From Bifidobacterium breve (GTDB taxonomy: Bacteria > Actinomycetota > Acidimicrobiia > Acidimicrobiales > Ilumatobacteraceae), in assembly GCA_945886445.1 (NCBI GenBank), contig CAMCZG010000004.1, positions 72-64,071 on the forward strand: a stretch of DNA of 64,000 nucleotides, given 5' to 3'. This document shows, piece by piece, positions 54,427-63,000 of the stretch. The notes beneath the pieces are model-generated. The model ran no database searches and was not told the origin of the DNA. It saw only the letters and a program-made list of their open reading frames with translations. Position numbers and translations under genes: made by a program. Each line of letters begins with the position of its first letter. Within the stretch, counting starts at the first letter, position 1.

Positions 54427-55521
54427 CTATTCGGCTACGAAGCCGGCCCACGCTTTCATATATTCCACGAACCCATCGGAGAGTCCTTCCGATTTCAGTA
54501 CCTCGCGAGACACCGGAGTACGACGTGGAATGAAAGCAGGGTCGGCTTTGTACATGTTGGGATAATTGTGATGCAAAATAGCCGCGCGGCCCAAAGCAAC
54601 AATGTCGGCGCCCGACGACAAAGCAAACTCAGCATCGGCAGGGTCCATCATTTTTCCGGCAACGGCAAGGCGCACGTCTCCTCGCGGTAACGCTGCAAAA
54701 ATATTGATGAGCTTTTGCCCTACATATCCTTCATCGCGTGCTTCTTTTTTCACATCCCACATCGACATGTCGATGATGTCAACCTTTTTACTCGCCACCA
54801 ACCATGAGTACAGCTCACAAATTTCAGCAACCTTCATTCCAAATCGTTCTGGCGACAAACGCACAGCAACGGTGAAGTCTGGCCGGCACCGCGTGTAGAT
54901 GCCATTAATAATATTCATCAGCACACGCGCTCTGTTTTCTAGCGAGCCACCAAATTGGTCGGTACGTGTATTGAGCTCGCTCGACAAGAACTGGCAAATG
55001 AGATACCCGTGTGCACCATGTAATTCCACGCCGTCGAAACCTGCATTGTCACAACGCACAGCTGCAGCAATGAAGTCTTCAATGACTTGTTCCACCTCTT
55101 CAGTAGTGAGTGCACGGGCACCTGTTTCTGGGTCGTCTGACGCACTCACGGGTTGCGCGCCAATGAGTTTTTCGGGCGACCGGTTGCCGGCATGGTGCAG
55201 TTGCACAAAGGCCAAACTGCCCGTTTTCTTAATTCCACTGGCCAGCACTCGCAACTCAGAAACGTGCTCTTTGCCAAAACAACCGAGTTGCCCAGGGAAA
55301 CCCTGGCCCACTTTTTGGACGTAAGCGGCACATGTCATAGTGAGCCCGAAGCCACCCTGAGCGCGCATGGTGAGCCAGTTTTTTTCATCTTCCGACAACG
55401 TGCCATCGTCATGACTTTGCTGGTTGGTGAGTGGGGCAAGCATGAAGCGATTCGGCATTGGCTTGCCGTGGAGAAAACTCACTTCATCAAAAAGACCCGT
55501 TGTCTGATTACTCTTCGACAA
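54427..55521 (-). CDS. NADH:flavin oxidoreductase (Old Yellow Enzyme family)
   Basis: Contains MLAPLTNQQS, VQLHHAGN and GFDGVELHGAHGYLICQFLS motifs. Confidence 0.9.
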   Translation of the reverse strand: MSKSNQTTGLFDEVSFLHGKPMPNRFMLAPLTNQQSHDDGTLSEDEKNWLTMRAQGGFGLTMTCAAYVQKVGQGFPGQLGCFGKEHVSELRVLASGIKKTGSLAFVQLHHAGNRSPEKLIGAQPVSASDDPETGARALTTEEVEQVIEDFIAAAVRCDNAGFDGVELHGAHGYLICQFLSSELNTRTDQFGGSLENRARVLMNIINGIYTRCRPDFTVAVRLSPERFGMKVAEICELYSWLVASKKVDIIDMSMWDVKKEARDEGYVGQKLINIFAALPRGDVRLAVAGKMMDPADAEFALSSGADIVALGRAAILHHNYPNMYKADPAFIPRRTPVSREVLKSEGLSDGFVEYMKAWAGFVAE

Positions 55522-55798
55522 TCTCGGCCACCTGAATTACAGCAGAAATATTGGTGTAATTAGGCAAATCTGCCATTAAATCGGCCGTTACGGGCATTCC
55601 CATAGCATTTTCAAATGCAGCGACCGTGGGAAAAACAAAATGTACTGCGGCTTCATACGGGCCAGAAACGCCCTTATCAATTTGTGTACTCACTGGGTTC
55701 CACCCCTTCACCGCCATTGGCACATGCACAGTGCGGTAATAGTTGTGGTCAAAAGTTGACCCCTCGCCGGATGGGTACAAAACACTGACTCTGATCAT
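55508..55798 (-). CDS. EthD family protein (96 aa)
   Basis: MIRVSVLYPSGEGSTFDHNYYRTVHVPM... is typical of the EthD/TIGR02118 dimeric alpha-beta barrel. It is the only credible part of track ORF 55508..56302. It overlaps the OYE start by 14 nt. Confidence 0.75.
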   Translation of the reverse strand: MIRVSVLYPSGEGSTFDHNYYRTVHVPMAVKGWNPVSTQIDKGVSGPYEAAVHFVFPTVAAFENAMGMPVTADLMADLPNYTNISAVIQVAEIVEE

Positions 55799-55904
55799 GG
55801 GTGAAAATCTACTACGAAAATTACCCCTACTTTTACGCCCCTTTTTGAGTCCCCCTTGCGAAGTATCCACGATCGGCGTGTTCGTTTGCAATACATTAAA
55901 AGTC

Positions 55905-56324
55905 ATGAAGAAGCGTGAACTCATCCAAGCCGTAGCCACCCATACCGATGTCGATAATAAGACAGCGGCCAAACTCGTAGAAGGCACCATTGACGTGATC
56001 CTCGCGAATGTCGCCAAGGGCGAGATCGTGAACATTTCAGGGTTCGCCAAATTTGCAAAAATCAAGCGTCCTGCTCGCATGGCGCGTAACCCAGCCACAG
56101 GTGAACAAATCAGAGTGAAGGCAAAAACAGTTGCCAAGATCACTGCACTCAAGGGCTTCAAAGACATCGCACTTGGCGTTGCTGCTGCACCAAAAGTGAA
56201 CACAGTTCGCAAAGCTGTTCCTGCACCAGCCAAGAAAGCACCAGCGAAAAAAGCACCAGCGAAAAAAGCACCAGCGAAAAAAGTTGTGAAAAAAGTAGTC
56301 AAGAAGGCTGCTAAGAAAAAGTAA
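55905..56324 (+). CDS. hupB: HU/histone-like DNA-binding protein with a Lys/Ala/Pro-rich C-terminal tail (HupB/MDP1-like)
   Basis: Contains MKKRELIQAVA...ARNPATGEQIRVKAKTVAKI (the HU arm signature) followed by PAKKAPAKKAPAKKAPAKKVVKKVVKKAAKKK. The start is ATG 55905. Confidence 0.9.
   Translation: MKKRELIQAVATHTDVDNKTAAKLVEGTIDVILANVAKGEIVNISGFAKFAKIKRPARMARNPATGEQIRVKAKTVAKITALKGFKDIALGVAAAPKVNTVRKAVPAPAKKAPAKKAPAKKAPAKKVVKKVVKKAAKKK
56238..56282. repeat. 3 x 15-bp perfect tandem repeat (gcaccagcgaaaaaa) encoding APAKK units
   Basis: Identical units lie at 56238-56252, 56253-56267 and 56268-56282. A degenerate copy precedes them at 56223-56237. Confidence 0.95.
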
Positions 56325-56335
56325 TTTCCGTCTTT

Positions 56336-56382
56336 AAAGCCGCGGGCCTACGTGTAACAACGTGAGCCCGCGGCTTTTTTAT
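56336..56382. terminator. Bidirectional rho-independent terminator between the convergent hupB and nitroreductase genes
   Basis: AAAGCCGCGGGC (56336-56347) pairs with GCCCGCGGCTTT (56366-56377), followed by TTTTTTATTT on the plus strand. The T-tract overlaps the nitroreductase stop codon. Confidence 0.75.
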
Positions 56383-57098
56383 TTCTCTTTTTTCTTTTCG
56401 ATGTAACGCTCGGTGTGTTGTGTACCTGGCGGGTCAATTGCCCACGATGCGCCTTCACCCCATGTGTCGCCATAGATGAGTTCTTTCATCGGCGCACGCC
56501 GCACTGGGCCGTGGCTACCTGCAGGTTTGCCCAATGTAATGGTTGCTGAAATAGCCGTACCTGTTGGAATGTTTAAGAGTTCGCGTAACTCTTTTTCGAC
56601 AAAGCCATGAAAACCAGTAAGCACTCCGCCATAACCCAGCGCACGAGCAGCAAGCAGCAAGTTCTGACATGCCGGGTACACCGATGCACCCTCTTCGGGG
56701 TTTGGCTCGCGATGGCGCACTAAACAACCCAACACCAGCACGGGAACATTGGGCATGTTCGTTACGTACTCATCCATTGTGCGAGCCATGCGCGCCTTCG
56801 GAGAATCTTCACGTACTGCACTACCTGTGTCATACCCATCGTTCACGCTTTTTTGAGACCACAACGTGCGTGCACCTTTGGCAATGAGTTTTTTCACTTC
56901 AAGCGACTGTGGTGAGTCGGTAAACACCATGAATCGAAATCCTTGACGATTCGAACCGCTTGGTGCGCGCGTTGCAGCAAACATAATGTCGCGCAACGTA
57001 TCTTCGGGAATGGGCTCATTGGTGTAGCGCCGAATGGAACGCGTTGTCGCTAGACCTTCTAAAAGAGAAATGTTATGGAGTGCTCGTTCACTAGCCAT
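56379..57098 (-). CDS. Nitroreductase family protein
   Basis: Contains TRSIRRYTNEPIPEDTLRDIMFAATRAPSGSNRQGFRF. Confidence 0.88.
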   Translation of the reverse strand: MASERALHNISLLEGLATTRSIRRYTNEPIPEDTLRDIMFAATRAPSGSNRQGFRFMVFTDSPQSLEVKKLIAKGARTLWSQKSVNDGYDTGSAVREDSPKARMARTMDEYVTNMPNVPVLVLGCLVRHREPNPEEGASVYPACQNLLLAARALGYGGVLTGFHGFVEKELRELLNIPTGTAISATITLGKPAGSHGPVRRAPMKELIYGDTWGEGASWAIDPPGTQHTERYIEKKKEK

Positions 57099-57112
57099 TG
57101 TTACCTACTTCA

Positions 57113-58054
57113 CTAATAACTTTGAATATCGTCAAGAATCTCAGCCACGCGCACCGACTGTTCCGGCGCAACATACCAACCACTCTCACCCATTATTAAC
57201 TGGCTGACATTGTTCACCATCACTTCAAATGCATTAACTGGCGCGAAGTGTTCTACTTCACCGTTTAACACGAGCGTTGTGGCTTCATTCCACGAAGAGA
57301 ACGCTTCACCCTCGCCCATCTGCGCTCTTCCCAACGACCCACGCACTTCAAGTTCTTGCGATGCAGGTAAAGCAAACGAACTGGTGGCTCGCACTGTGGT
57401 AGTTCCATTGATCACTGCTGCAACTTCCGTGGTGAGGTCAATTCCAGTTTCACCGAGTTCCCTATGAACACCGCCAAGGGCACACGTACCAGCGCCTCCA
57501 GCGAGTGCTGCCCAAGCATGCACTTGGTAACACCCCACATCAAGAAGTGCACCTCCACCCATTTGCGGGTTGAGACGGTAGTTATTGGTCATGTCAGACA
57601 TAAACGTAAATCGTGAAGTAACTGCCTCAACGTCACCTATTGCCCCACTACGCACAACTTCAACAAGGCGTTGAAATCGCGGGTGCCACTGGGCCCACAC
57701 TGCTTCCACAAGCATCACACCGCAGTCACTAGCTGTTGTAAACATTGAGCGCACTTCTGCTGCGCTGAGCCCGAGTGGTTTTTCACACAACACGTGCTTG
57801 CCAGCACGTATCGACTTTTCTACCCACTCCAAGTGTTGGCTATTTGCCAGGCTGATATACACCGCCTGCACACGTGGGTCGGCGAGAAGCTCTTCGTAAG
57901 AGCCGTAAACATTCTCGGGCTCTAACTGCGCCGAGCGCTCGGCATCGCGGCTCGCTACACCAAACAATGTTGCATACTGAGCAGCATGCACCGCAGGCGC
58001 CATTCCCTTACTTGCAACAAACCCAGCACCAAGAAAGCCCCAGCGCACTGTCAT
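57113..58054 (-). CDS. Gfo/Idh/MocA family oxidoreductase
   Basis: Contains the Rossmann motif WGFLGAGFVA and the EKP motif VLCEKPLGL. Confidence 0.85.
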   Translation of the reverse strand: MTVRWGFLGAGFVASKGMAPAVHAAQYATLFGVASRDAERSAQLEPENVYGSYEELLADPRVQAVYISLANSQHLEWVEKSIRAGKHVLCEKPLGLSAAEVRSMFTTASDCGVMLVEAVWAQWHPRFQRLVEVVRSGAIGDVEAVTSRFTFMSDMTNNYRLNPQMGGGALLDVGCYQVHAWAALAGGAGTCALGGVHRELGETGIDLTTEVAAVINGTTTVRATSSFALPASQELEVRGSLGRAQMGEGEAFSSWNEATTLVLNGEVEHFAPVNAFEVMVNNVSQLIMGESGWYVAPEQSVRVAEILDDIQSY

Positions 58055-58056
58055 GG

Positions 58057-59082
58057 TTACAACTTACGCAATTGAGGCACCACAGGTAACGCGTTACGCC
58101 GTGCCGACTCTTCGGCAGCTTGCATAATGGCCACCACATTGCGCGACTGGACTGCATTTACTTCCATCGGCGTGCCGTTGTTCAGGTATTCAACAATGGA
58201 GCGATGGAAAGCCAAAGTGTCGGGCGCTACTACAGCAACCTCACGCACTGTTCCATCTTCATGATGCACGGTAAGTAGCGCTGGCAGGTCGGCAACTGCC
58301 GGTTCACCTGCGGGGTTCCAATTGCCCACCAAAGAGCCTTTGGTACCAAGAACATAAAACTTCGGCTTGCGTGCCGCAGCAAGGTCAGAGTGCACGAACG
58401 TAGCTTGCTTTCCACTCGCAAATGTCACCGTCACGTGTGCGTGGTCGGCGTTGGTTGCGTGTTTCCACACACGTTTATGGTTTTGGCCACTTACGTGGTC
58501 TACATCGTCAGGAATGATGTTCAGAATCTGATCGAGGAAGTGGCTTCCCCAGTCAAAAATCGCACCACCTGAAACTTCAGCATTTGAATGCCAATAGTCG
58601 CACGGACGCGAATACCCGCCCACAAAACTGTCGTAGTGGTAGACCTCGCCAATTTCGCCCGAACGAATAACTTCACGCATTGCCACAAAGTCGGCGTCGT
58701 ACCTTCTGTTTTGGTACACCACCATCAGCAACTTCTTCGCTGCCGCAATTTCCATTAATTCATCACACTCTGAAGCCAACAAAGCCATCGGCTTTTCCAA
58801 CACCACGTGAATGCCTCGCGATAATGCTTCCTTCGCCCAGGCGTAATGACTATTCGGCGGAGTTGACACCACCACGAGGTCGATGAGACCCGAATCGAGC
58901 ATTGCCGTGGCATCGCTAAAAGGCGCAGCATTGGGGGCTAGCTCTAGTGCTGCCGTCACACGCTCGGGGTTCATATCGCAGACCGCTATGAGCTCGAGAC
59001 CCGCTGTTCCCTGAACCGCCACATTGTGCTCGTGACCAATAGCTCCGTAGGCCAGAAGCCCGACCCGAATGTTGTTTTTCAC
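58057..59082 (-). CDS. Gfo/Idh/MocA family oxidoreductase
   Basis: Contains the Rossmann motif VGLLAYGAIG and the EKP motif VVLEKPMAL. It is a tandem paralogue-like neighbour of the previous gene. Confidence 0.85.
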   Translation of the reverse strand: MKNNIRVGLLAYGAIGHEHNVAVQGTAGLELIAVCDMNPERVTAALELAPNAAPFSDATAMLDSGLIDLVVVSTPPNSHYAWAKEALSRGIHVVLEKPMALLASECDELMEIAAAKKLLMVVYQNRRYDADFVAMREVIRSGEIGEVYHYDSFVGGYSRPCDYWHSNAEVSGGAIFDWGSHFLDQILNIIPDDVDHVSGQNHKRVWKHATNADHAHVTVTFASGKQATFVHSDLAAARKPKFYVLGTKGSLVGNWNPAGEPAVADLPALLTVHHEDGTVREVAVVAPDTLAFHRSIVEYLNNGTPMEVNAVQSRNVVAIMQAAEESARRNALPVVPQLRKL

Positions 59083-59137
59083 CTAGGCGACATTAGCCAC
59101 CTGTGTCGGAGTTCTACTGCTTCAGATCGTAAAAGGG

Positions 59138-59695
59138 TTACCCCTTTTTCATGATTTCCTTTAAAAGCACTACCGATTTTTCGCTTAGCGGGTCATGGGG
59201 GAAATACCGAGTAACTATTTTCACCACTTCGCTGTACTTACTTATTTTCAGATACCCGAGAAGCACCTCAATATCGTCCGCATCACGAAGTGCCCTTGCC
59301 GCTCTCACCTTCATTGCCAGTAAATGTTCAGGTGGCGTCACCGATACCCGCAACGATGGCCTATCAAAAACAGGTGTTCCCTTGCCCGCTTTTCCCGACA
59401 TGTAACTTGAGGCCTGGTTATTTAACCACGACTTCGGCAAACCCAATTTCTTCGCTACAACCCAAGCTGCTTCCAACACTTCGGTATCGGGGGCAAATAT
59501 TGCGTCGACATCACGCGTTGCTAAGCGCGAATGAAAAGCCAGCACCATTGCCGCACCACCAAAAACATGCACTTCACCCACGACTCCGCGCTTGGCACAC
59601 TGTGCTGCCAGCAATTCAAAGGCTTGGTGCAATGTTTCGTGGCTGAGCAGTACTTCACTCACGTCATTACACGCCCTCAAGATCGTGGCGATCAA
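59138..59695 (-). CDS. Minimal pol-beta-fold nucleotidyltransferase (DUF6036/DUF2204-like); candidate toxin/effector of a two-gene module
   Basis: Contains VFGGAAMVLAFHSRLATRDVDAIF (GG ... DxD) and the helical LLAMKVRAARALRDADDIEVL. The start is either TTG 59695 (29-nt overlap with the upstream gene) or GTG 59662 (5 nt after its stop). Confidence 0.65.
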   Translation of the reverse strand: MIATILRACNDVSEVLLSHETLHQAFELLAAQCAKRGVVGEVHVFGGAAMVLAFHSRLATRDVDAIFAPDTEVLEAAWVVAKKLGLPKSWLNNQASSYMSGKAGKGTPVFDRPSLRVSVTPPEHLLAMKVRAARALRDADDIEVLLGYLKISKYSEVVKIVTRYFPHDPLSEKSVVLLKEIMKKG

Positions 59696-60254
59696 TCATG
59701 ACGCCACGGCGCCGCAATGCAGCAGGGCTATGCAGAAGTGCCTGCGCACGGCCTGCGGCAAGTGAACTTACCCACCATGCATTTTTAAGTGTTCTCGCTT
59801 CACTGTTGACCCATTGTGGGGGCACTTCTCCACCAAGCACACACAGGTCTTCTGCAATACCGGCGAGCAGTGCATCGAAGCGTATATCGCCAGTTAATTT
59901 TGGCTCTGCAGAAATCAACACATTGACCGGCGCTGCGTCTTCTTGTGCTCCACGCATAAATTCAAAGACGTAGCGCAACTTTTTCTTGTCGTCGTGCTCG
60001 GGTGATTGAGCAATATCGAGCGCAAGATCGGCAATGCGATACACCGCAGAATCGGGCAATACTGCAAGCGATAACTGATGGCCTGTGGCGGCAAGCAAAC
60101 GTTGCAACACGGGCAATGTGGGTTCGCGTTTGCCCGCTTCATACGTAGCGATTGCCGACTGGCTCGTTTTGGCCAGCTCCGCAACAGCGCTTTGGCTCAT
60201 ACCAGCCTGCATACGGGCGGTACGCAACAGGTCTGCGGCAGTAGTTGAGCTCAT
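59667..60254 (-). CDS. XRE-family HTH protein with an unassigned ~130-aa C-terminal domain; candidate antitoxin/regulator
   Basis: Contains the HTH LRTARMQAGMSQSAVAELAKTSQSAIATYEAGKREPTLPVLQRLL. ATG 60254 is preferred over the track's TTG 60296. Confidence 0.75.
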   Translation of the reverse strand: MSSTTAADLLRTARMQAGMSQSAVAELAKTSQSAIATYEAGKREPTLPVLQRLLAATGHQLSLAVLPDSAVYRIADLALDIAQSPEHDDKKKLRYVFEFMRGAQEDAAPVNVLISAEPKLTGDIRFDALLAGIAEDLCVLGGEVPPQWVNSEARTLKNAWWVSSLAAGRAQALLHSPAALRRRGVMIDRHDLEGV

Positions 60255-60270
60255 ATACCTGATTGTATAT
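60253..60270. promoter_or_regulatory. Inverted repeat ATATAC-N6-GTATAT overlapping a TACAAT -10-like box and the HTH gene's ATG (candidate leaderless promoter/operator)
   Basis: The minus strand reads ATATACAATCAGGTATATG. TACAAT ends 7 nt before the ATG. Confidence 0.3.
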
Positions 60271-60402
60271 AAAGGGTGTTGCAAAAAGGCCAGCAAGCGA
60301 TTCCAGCCGGGAACCTCTTACTGACCTCGCGACAAGCCTACCGACGCATTTTCACCATGGGCATGAAATGACTACTCTTGGGTAACAAGCACAGGGGGCG
60401 CC

Positions 60403-61122
60403 ATGTCAGAGTCAGATCAACTGAAACACACCTACGGAAAAATCAACAAAGAATACGGCTTCTCTCTTGCCACTTGCCCGCCCGAAAAAGACGGCCCCAT
60501 TTACATGGTGAACCTCATGAAGTACCACGAGGTTGCGCAGTACGACGGTACCGACACCGAAGCTGCGGCCATTAGCGGTCGTGAAGCCGATGATAAATAC
60601 AACCCAGCATCGGTGCTCAACAAAATTGGTGCCGACATGGTCTTCATTGGCGATGTCACCGCAAACCTGTTGGGCAATGAAGATTGGGACCGTATTGCCG
60701 TGGTTCGCTACGCAACACGCAAGTCATTTATCGAAATGCAATCGCGCAAAGACTTCAGCGAGAAGCATGTGCACAAAAATGCAGGCATGCAACGCACCGT
60801 CATTGTGTGCTGCCGCCCAGAAGACACTTCCATTGACACACGCGTGCGCCCCACCCCATCACTTGAGCTACGCACAGTGGCAATGATTGTTCGTCAAACC
60901 CCACAACGCGATACCGCTTTTGCTGCACTTCCTGAGGCAGTGAACTTTGCTGCAGAAGGAACCATCGTTAGCGACGGCCGTATGTGGGACACCGTGCAGT
61001 TCATCCCTGTGCAGTCGGCCGACGAAGTTCCTGCCATTGCCGCACGCGTTGCCGATGCAGAGCCCGGCACCGCATACGTAATGGCTGTTCGCGTTACCCT
61101 CGACGCCTTCACCGCACGCTAA
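60403..61122 (+). CDS. Hypothetical protein, N-terminal half DUF1330-like (dimeric alpha-beta barrel)
   Basis: GPIYMVNLMKYHE...WDRIAVVRYATRKSFIEMQSRKDFSEKHVHKNAGMQRTVIV resembles DUF1330. The assignment is tentative. The SD AGGGGG precedes the ATG. Confidence 0.5.
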   Translation: MSESDQLKHTYGKINKEYGFSLATCPPEKDGPIYMVNLMKYHEVAQYDGTDTEAAAISGREADDKYNPASVLNKIGADMVFIGDVTANLLGNEDWDRIAVVRYATRKSFIEMQSRKDFSEKHVHKNAGMQRTVIVCCRPEDTSIDTRVRPTPSLELRTVAMIVRQTPQRDTAFAALPEAVNFAAEGTIVSDGRMWDTVQFIPVQSADEVPAIAARVADAEPGTAYVMAVRVTLDAFTAR

Positions 61123-61129
61123 TTTTCTG

Positions 61130-62200
61130 ATGTTTTTAGAAATTGATCGCGACAATATTCGCAATTTCCGCATCAACATTGGCGGCGCTTCTACAGATCC
61201 AGGTCCTGGCCAAGTGGTCATGCACATTGAACGTTTCGCACTCACCTCAAACAACATTAGCTATGCACTGGGCGGTGACTTTCTCGACTACTGGGGCTTC
61301 TACCCTGCCGAAGAAGGTTGGGGTCGGCTTCCTGCCATGGGTTATGGCGTAATAACCGCTTCTGCACATCCCGATATTGAAGTGGGCGGCCGTTACTTCG
61401 GTTTCTTCCCCGTTGGTGATGTTCATGTTGTCGATGCACAACCATCACGCACTGGTTTTACCGACAATGCACAACATCGTGAAAAACATGCCATGGCCTA
61501 CCGGTCATTTGACAAAGTTGAACCAGCAAGTACAGATGCTCAGGTCATTTGGAATGAAGATGCCGTTCTCATTTTCCGTGGGCTCTTTCTCACGTCATAC
61601 CTTGCCGACGATTTTCTTGCCGACAAAAACTTTTACGATGCAACACAGGTCATTGTCACCAGTGCTTCAAGCAAAACATCACTTGCCCTCGCCCACTGTT
61701 TGAAACTGCGATCCAATATCAGTTCAGTTGGGCTCACCTCTGCGAGCAACAAAGCATTTGTTGAGTCAACAGGCCTTTACGACCAGGTGATCACTTATGA
61801 CGATATTGAAACCTTGCCTGCCGACAAAACAAGTGTTGTGGTCGACATGGCTGGCAACACGCTTGTTGTTGGCCGCATCCATGAACACTTCGATACCGAG
61901 TTGAAATACTCGATGAGTGTTGGGGCAACACACTGGGACAAGTCGGCATCATCCACCAACATTCTTGGTCCGAAACCACAGTTCTTCTTTGCCCCTGGCC
62001 AATTAGTAAAGCGCGGAAAAGAATGGGGCCGCGAGGTTATTAACCAGCGCCTCGATGCAGCTCTCGACATTTTCATTAACGATGCACGCACATTCAGCAC
62101 TTTTGAATATGCACAAGGCCCTACTGCAGTAGAGCGCGTTTACACCGGTCTAATTAATGGAACCGTGCCGCCCCAATCGGGCAACATTTTAAGTATGTAG
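61130..62200 (+). CDS. DUF2855 family protein (MDR/Rossmann-like, function unknown)
   Basis: Contains ERFALTSNNISYA, YWGFYP...GWGRLPAMGYG, GGRYFGFFP, FLTSYLADDFL, VIVTSASSKTSLALA, GATHW and FFFAPGQ, the motif series I associate with DUF2855. Confidence 0.7.
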   Translation: MFLEIDRDNIRNFRINIGGASTDPGPGQVVMHIERFALTSNNISYALGGDFLDYWGFYPAEEGWGRLPAMGYGVITASAHPDIEVGGRYFGFFPVGDVHVVDAQPSRTGFTDNAQHREKHAMAYRSFDKVEPASTDAQVIWNEDAVLIFRGLFLTSYLADDFLADKNFYDATQVIVTSASSKTSLALAHCLKLRSNISSVGLTSASNKAFVESTGLYDQVITYDDIETLPADKTSVVVDMAGNTLVVGRIHEHFDTELKYSMSVGATHWDKSASSTNILGPKPQFFFAPGQLVKRGKEWGREVINQRLDAALDIFINDARTFSTFEYAQGPTAVERVYTGLINGTVPPQSGNILSM

Positions 62201-62207
62201 AAAATCG

Positions 62208-62846
62208 TTACACCGGCAAGGTGTAACTGTTCTCCAACTCATCTTGCAGCACTGTTGCTCTGGTTCCCGATGTATCGACCACAATCTCTTCATCCAAAAT
62301 GCGTGTGCGGAAACTCCAGCCCTCCGGCATCTTCAACCGCGCACCTACGTCTTTGAGGTTGCTTGCATTCAGCCCCGGGTCAACAGCCACGCAATACGCC
62401 TGCATGATGTATGCGAGACCATCGGGGTTCACAAGTTCATGAACTTCAGAGCCGGCATCGAAGAAGAATACTGCCCCTCTATTCACATGGCGTTCTGCAT
62501 AAAACTTCGGCGACGGATCTTTACCTAATTCCACTGTTGCAATGCGGCGCATCGTGAGCCCGTTGAAGTCGCGAAAGATTGGCTCCACTACAGCAACCTT
62601 TGAACCAAACGCGTCGAGACACCAGTAACGAGGACCGTTCAACTTCACAAACACCGCACCCATCTCTTTGGCAATGTCGTCTGCATTCAAAGTGTCCCAT
62701 AACTCTTGTGGGCAATCGTTAATGAGCTGTGTTCCATACACTTCAGCAACTAGGCCTTCTTCACGCAGGAAAATGGCAAGAACTTCTCCGTAGCGCACTC
62801 CGCGCATGTTGCTATGAACTCGTTCTGGCTTTGCTACTTGCGACAT
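62208..62846 (-). CDS. Hypothetical protein (212 aa), no recognisable motif
   Basis: Long ORF with an ATG start and no TM or signal peptide. It converges on the DUF2855 gene. Confidence 0.55.
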   Translation of the reverse strand: MSQVAKPERVHSNMRGVRYGEVLAIFLREEGLVAEVYGTQLINDCPQELWDTLNADDIAKEMGAVFVKLNGPRYWCLDAFGSKVAVVEPIFRDFNGLTMRRIATVELGKDPSPKFYAERHVNRGAVFFFDAGSEVHELVNPDGLAYIMQAYCVAVDPGLNASNLKDVGARLKMPEGWSFRTRILDEEIVVDTSGTRATVLQDELENSYTLPV

Positions 62847-62958
62847 GTGACCTCCACGTGGAACTTGTAAACAGTGTAGTCAAGGTGCTTCGTCGTCAGT
62901 TCCTTGGCACCTCAGCACGCGATTCGCACACAATAGGAACATGCATGGGCAAGAAATA

Positions 62959-62980
62959 AAAGTTATACCTAAAGTTATAC
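62959..62980. promoter_or_regulatory. Direct repeat AAAGTTATAC x2 (12-bp period) in the vapB promoter region; the second copy overlaps a TATACT -10-like box
   Basis: The copies lie at 62959-62968 and 62971-62980, 21-42 nt upstream of the vapB ATG. Confidence 0.3.
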
Positions 62981-63000
62981 TTTTGTGTTACTCTCCAAAT

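Noticed and set aside
55799-56302. The upstream 168 codons of track ORF 55508..56302 (FFAGAFFAGAF... low-complexity protein).
   Set aside because: It is the antisense of the hupB Lys/Ala/Pro repeat tail and HU fold. The HU reading on the plus strand is unambiguous, and only the last 96 codons (EthD) look like a real gene.
59131-59148. A small hairpin (AAAAGGG-TTAC-CCCTTTT) around the NTase stop codon, considered as a terminator.
   Set aside because: The stem is 7 bp and A/T-rich. No U-tract follows on the coding (minus) strand, so it is not convincing.
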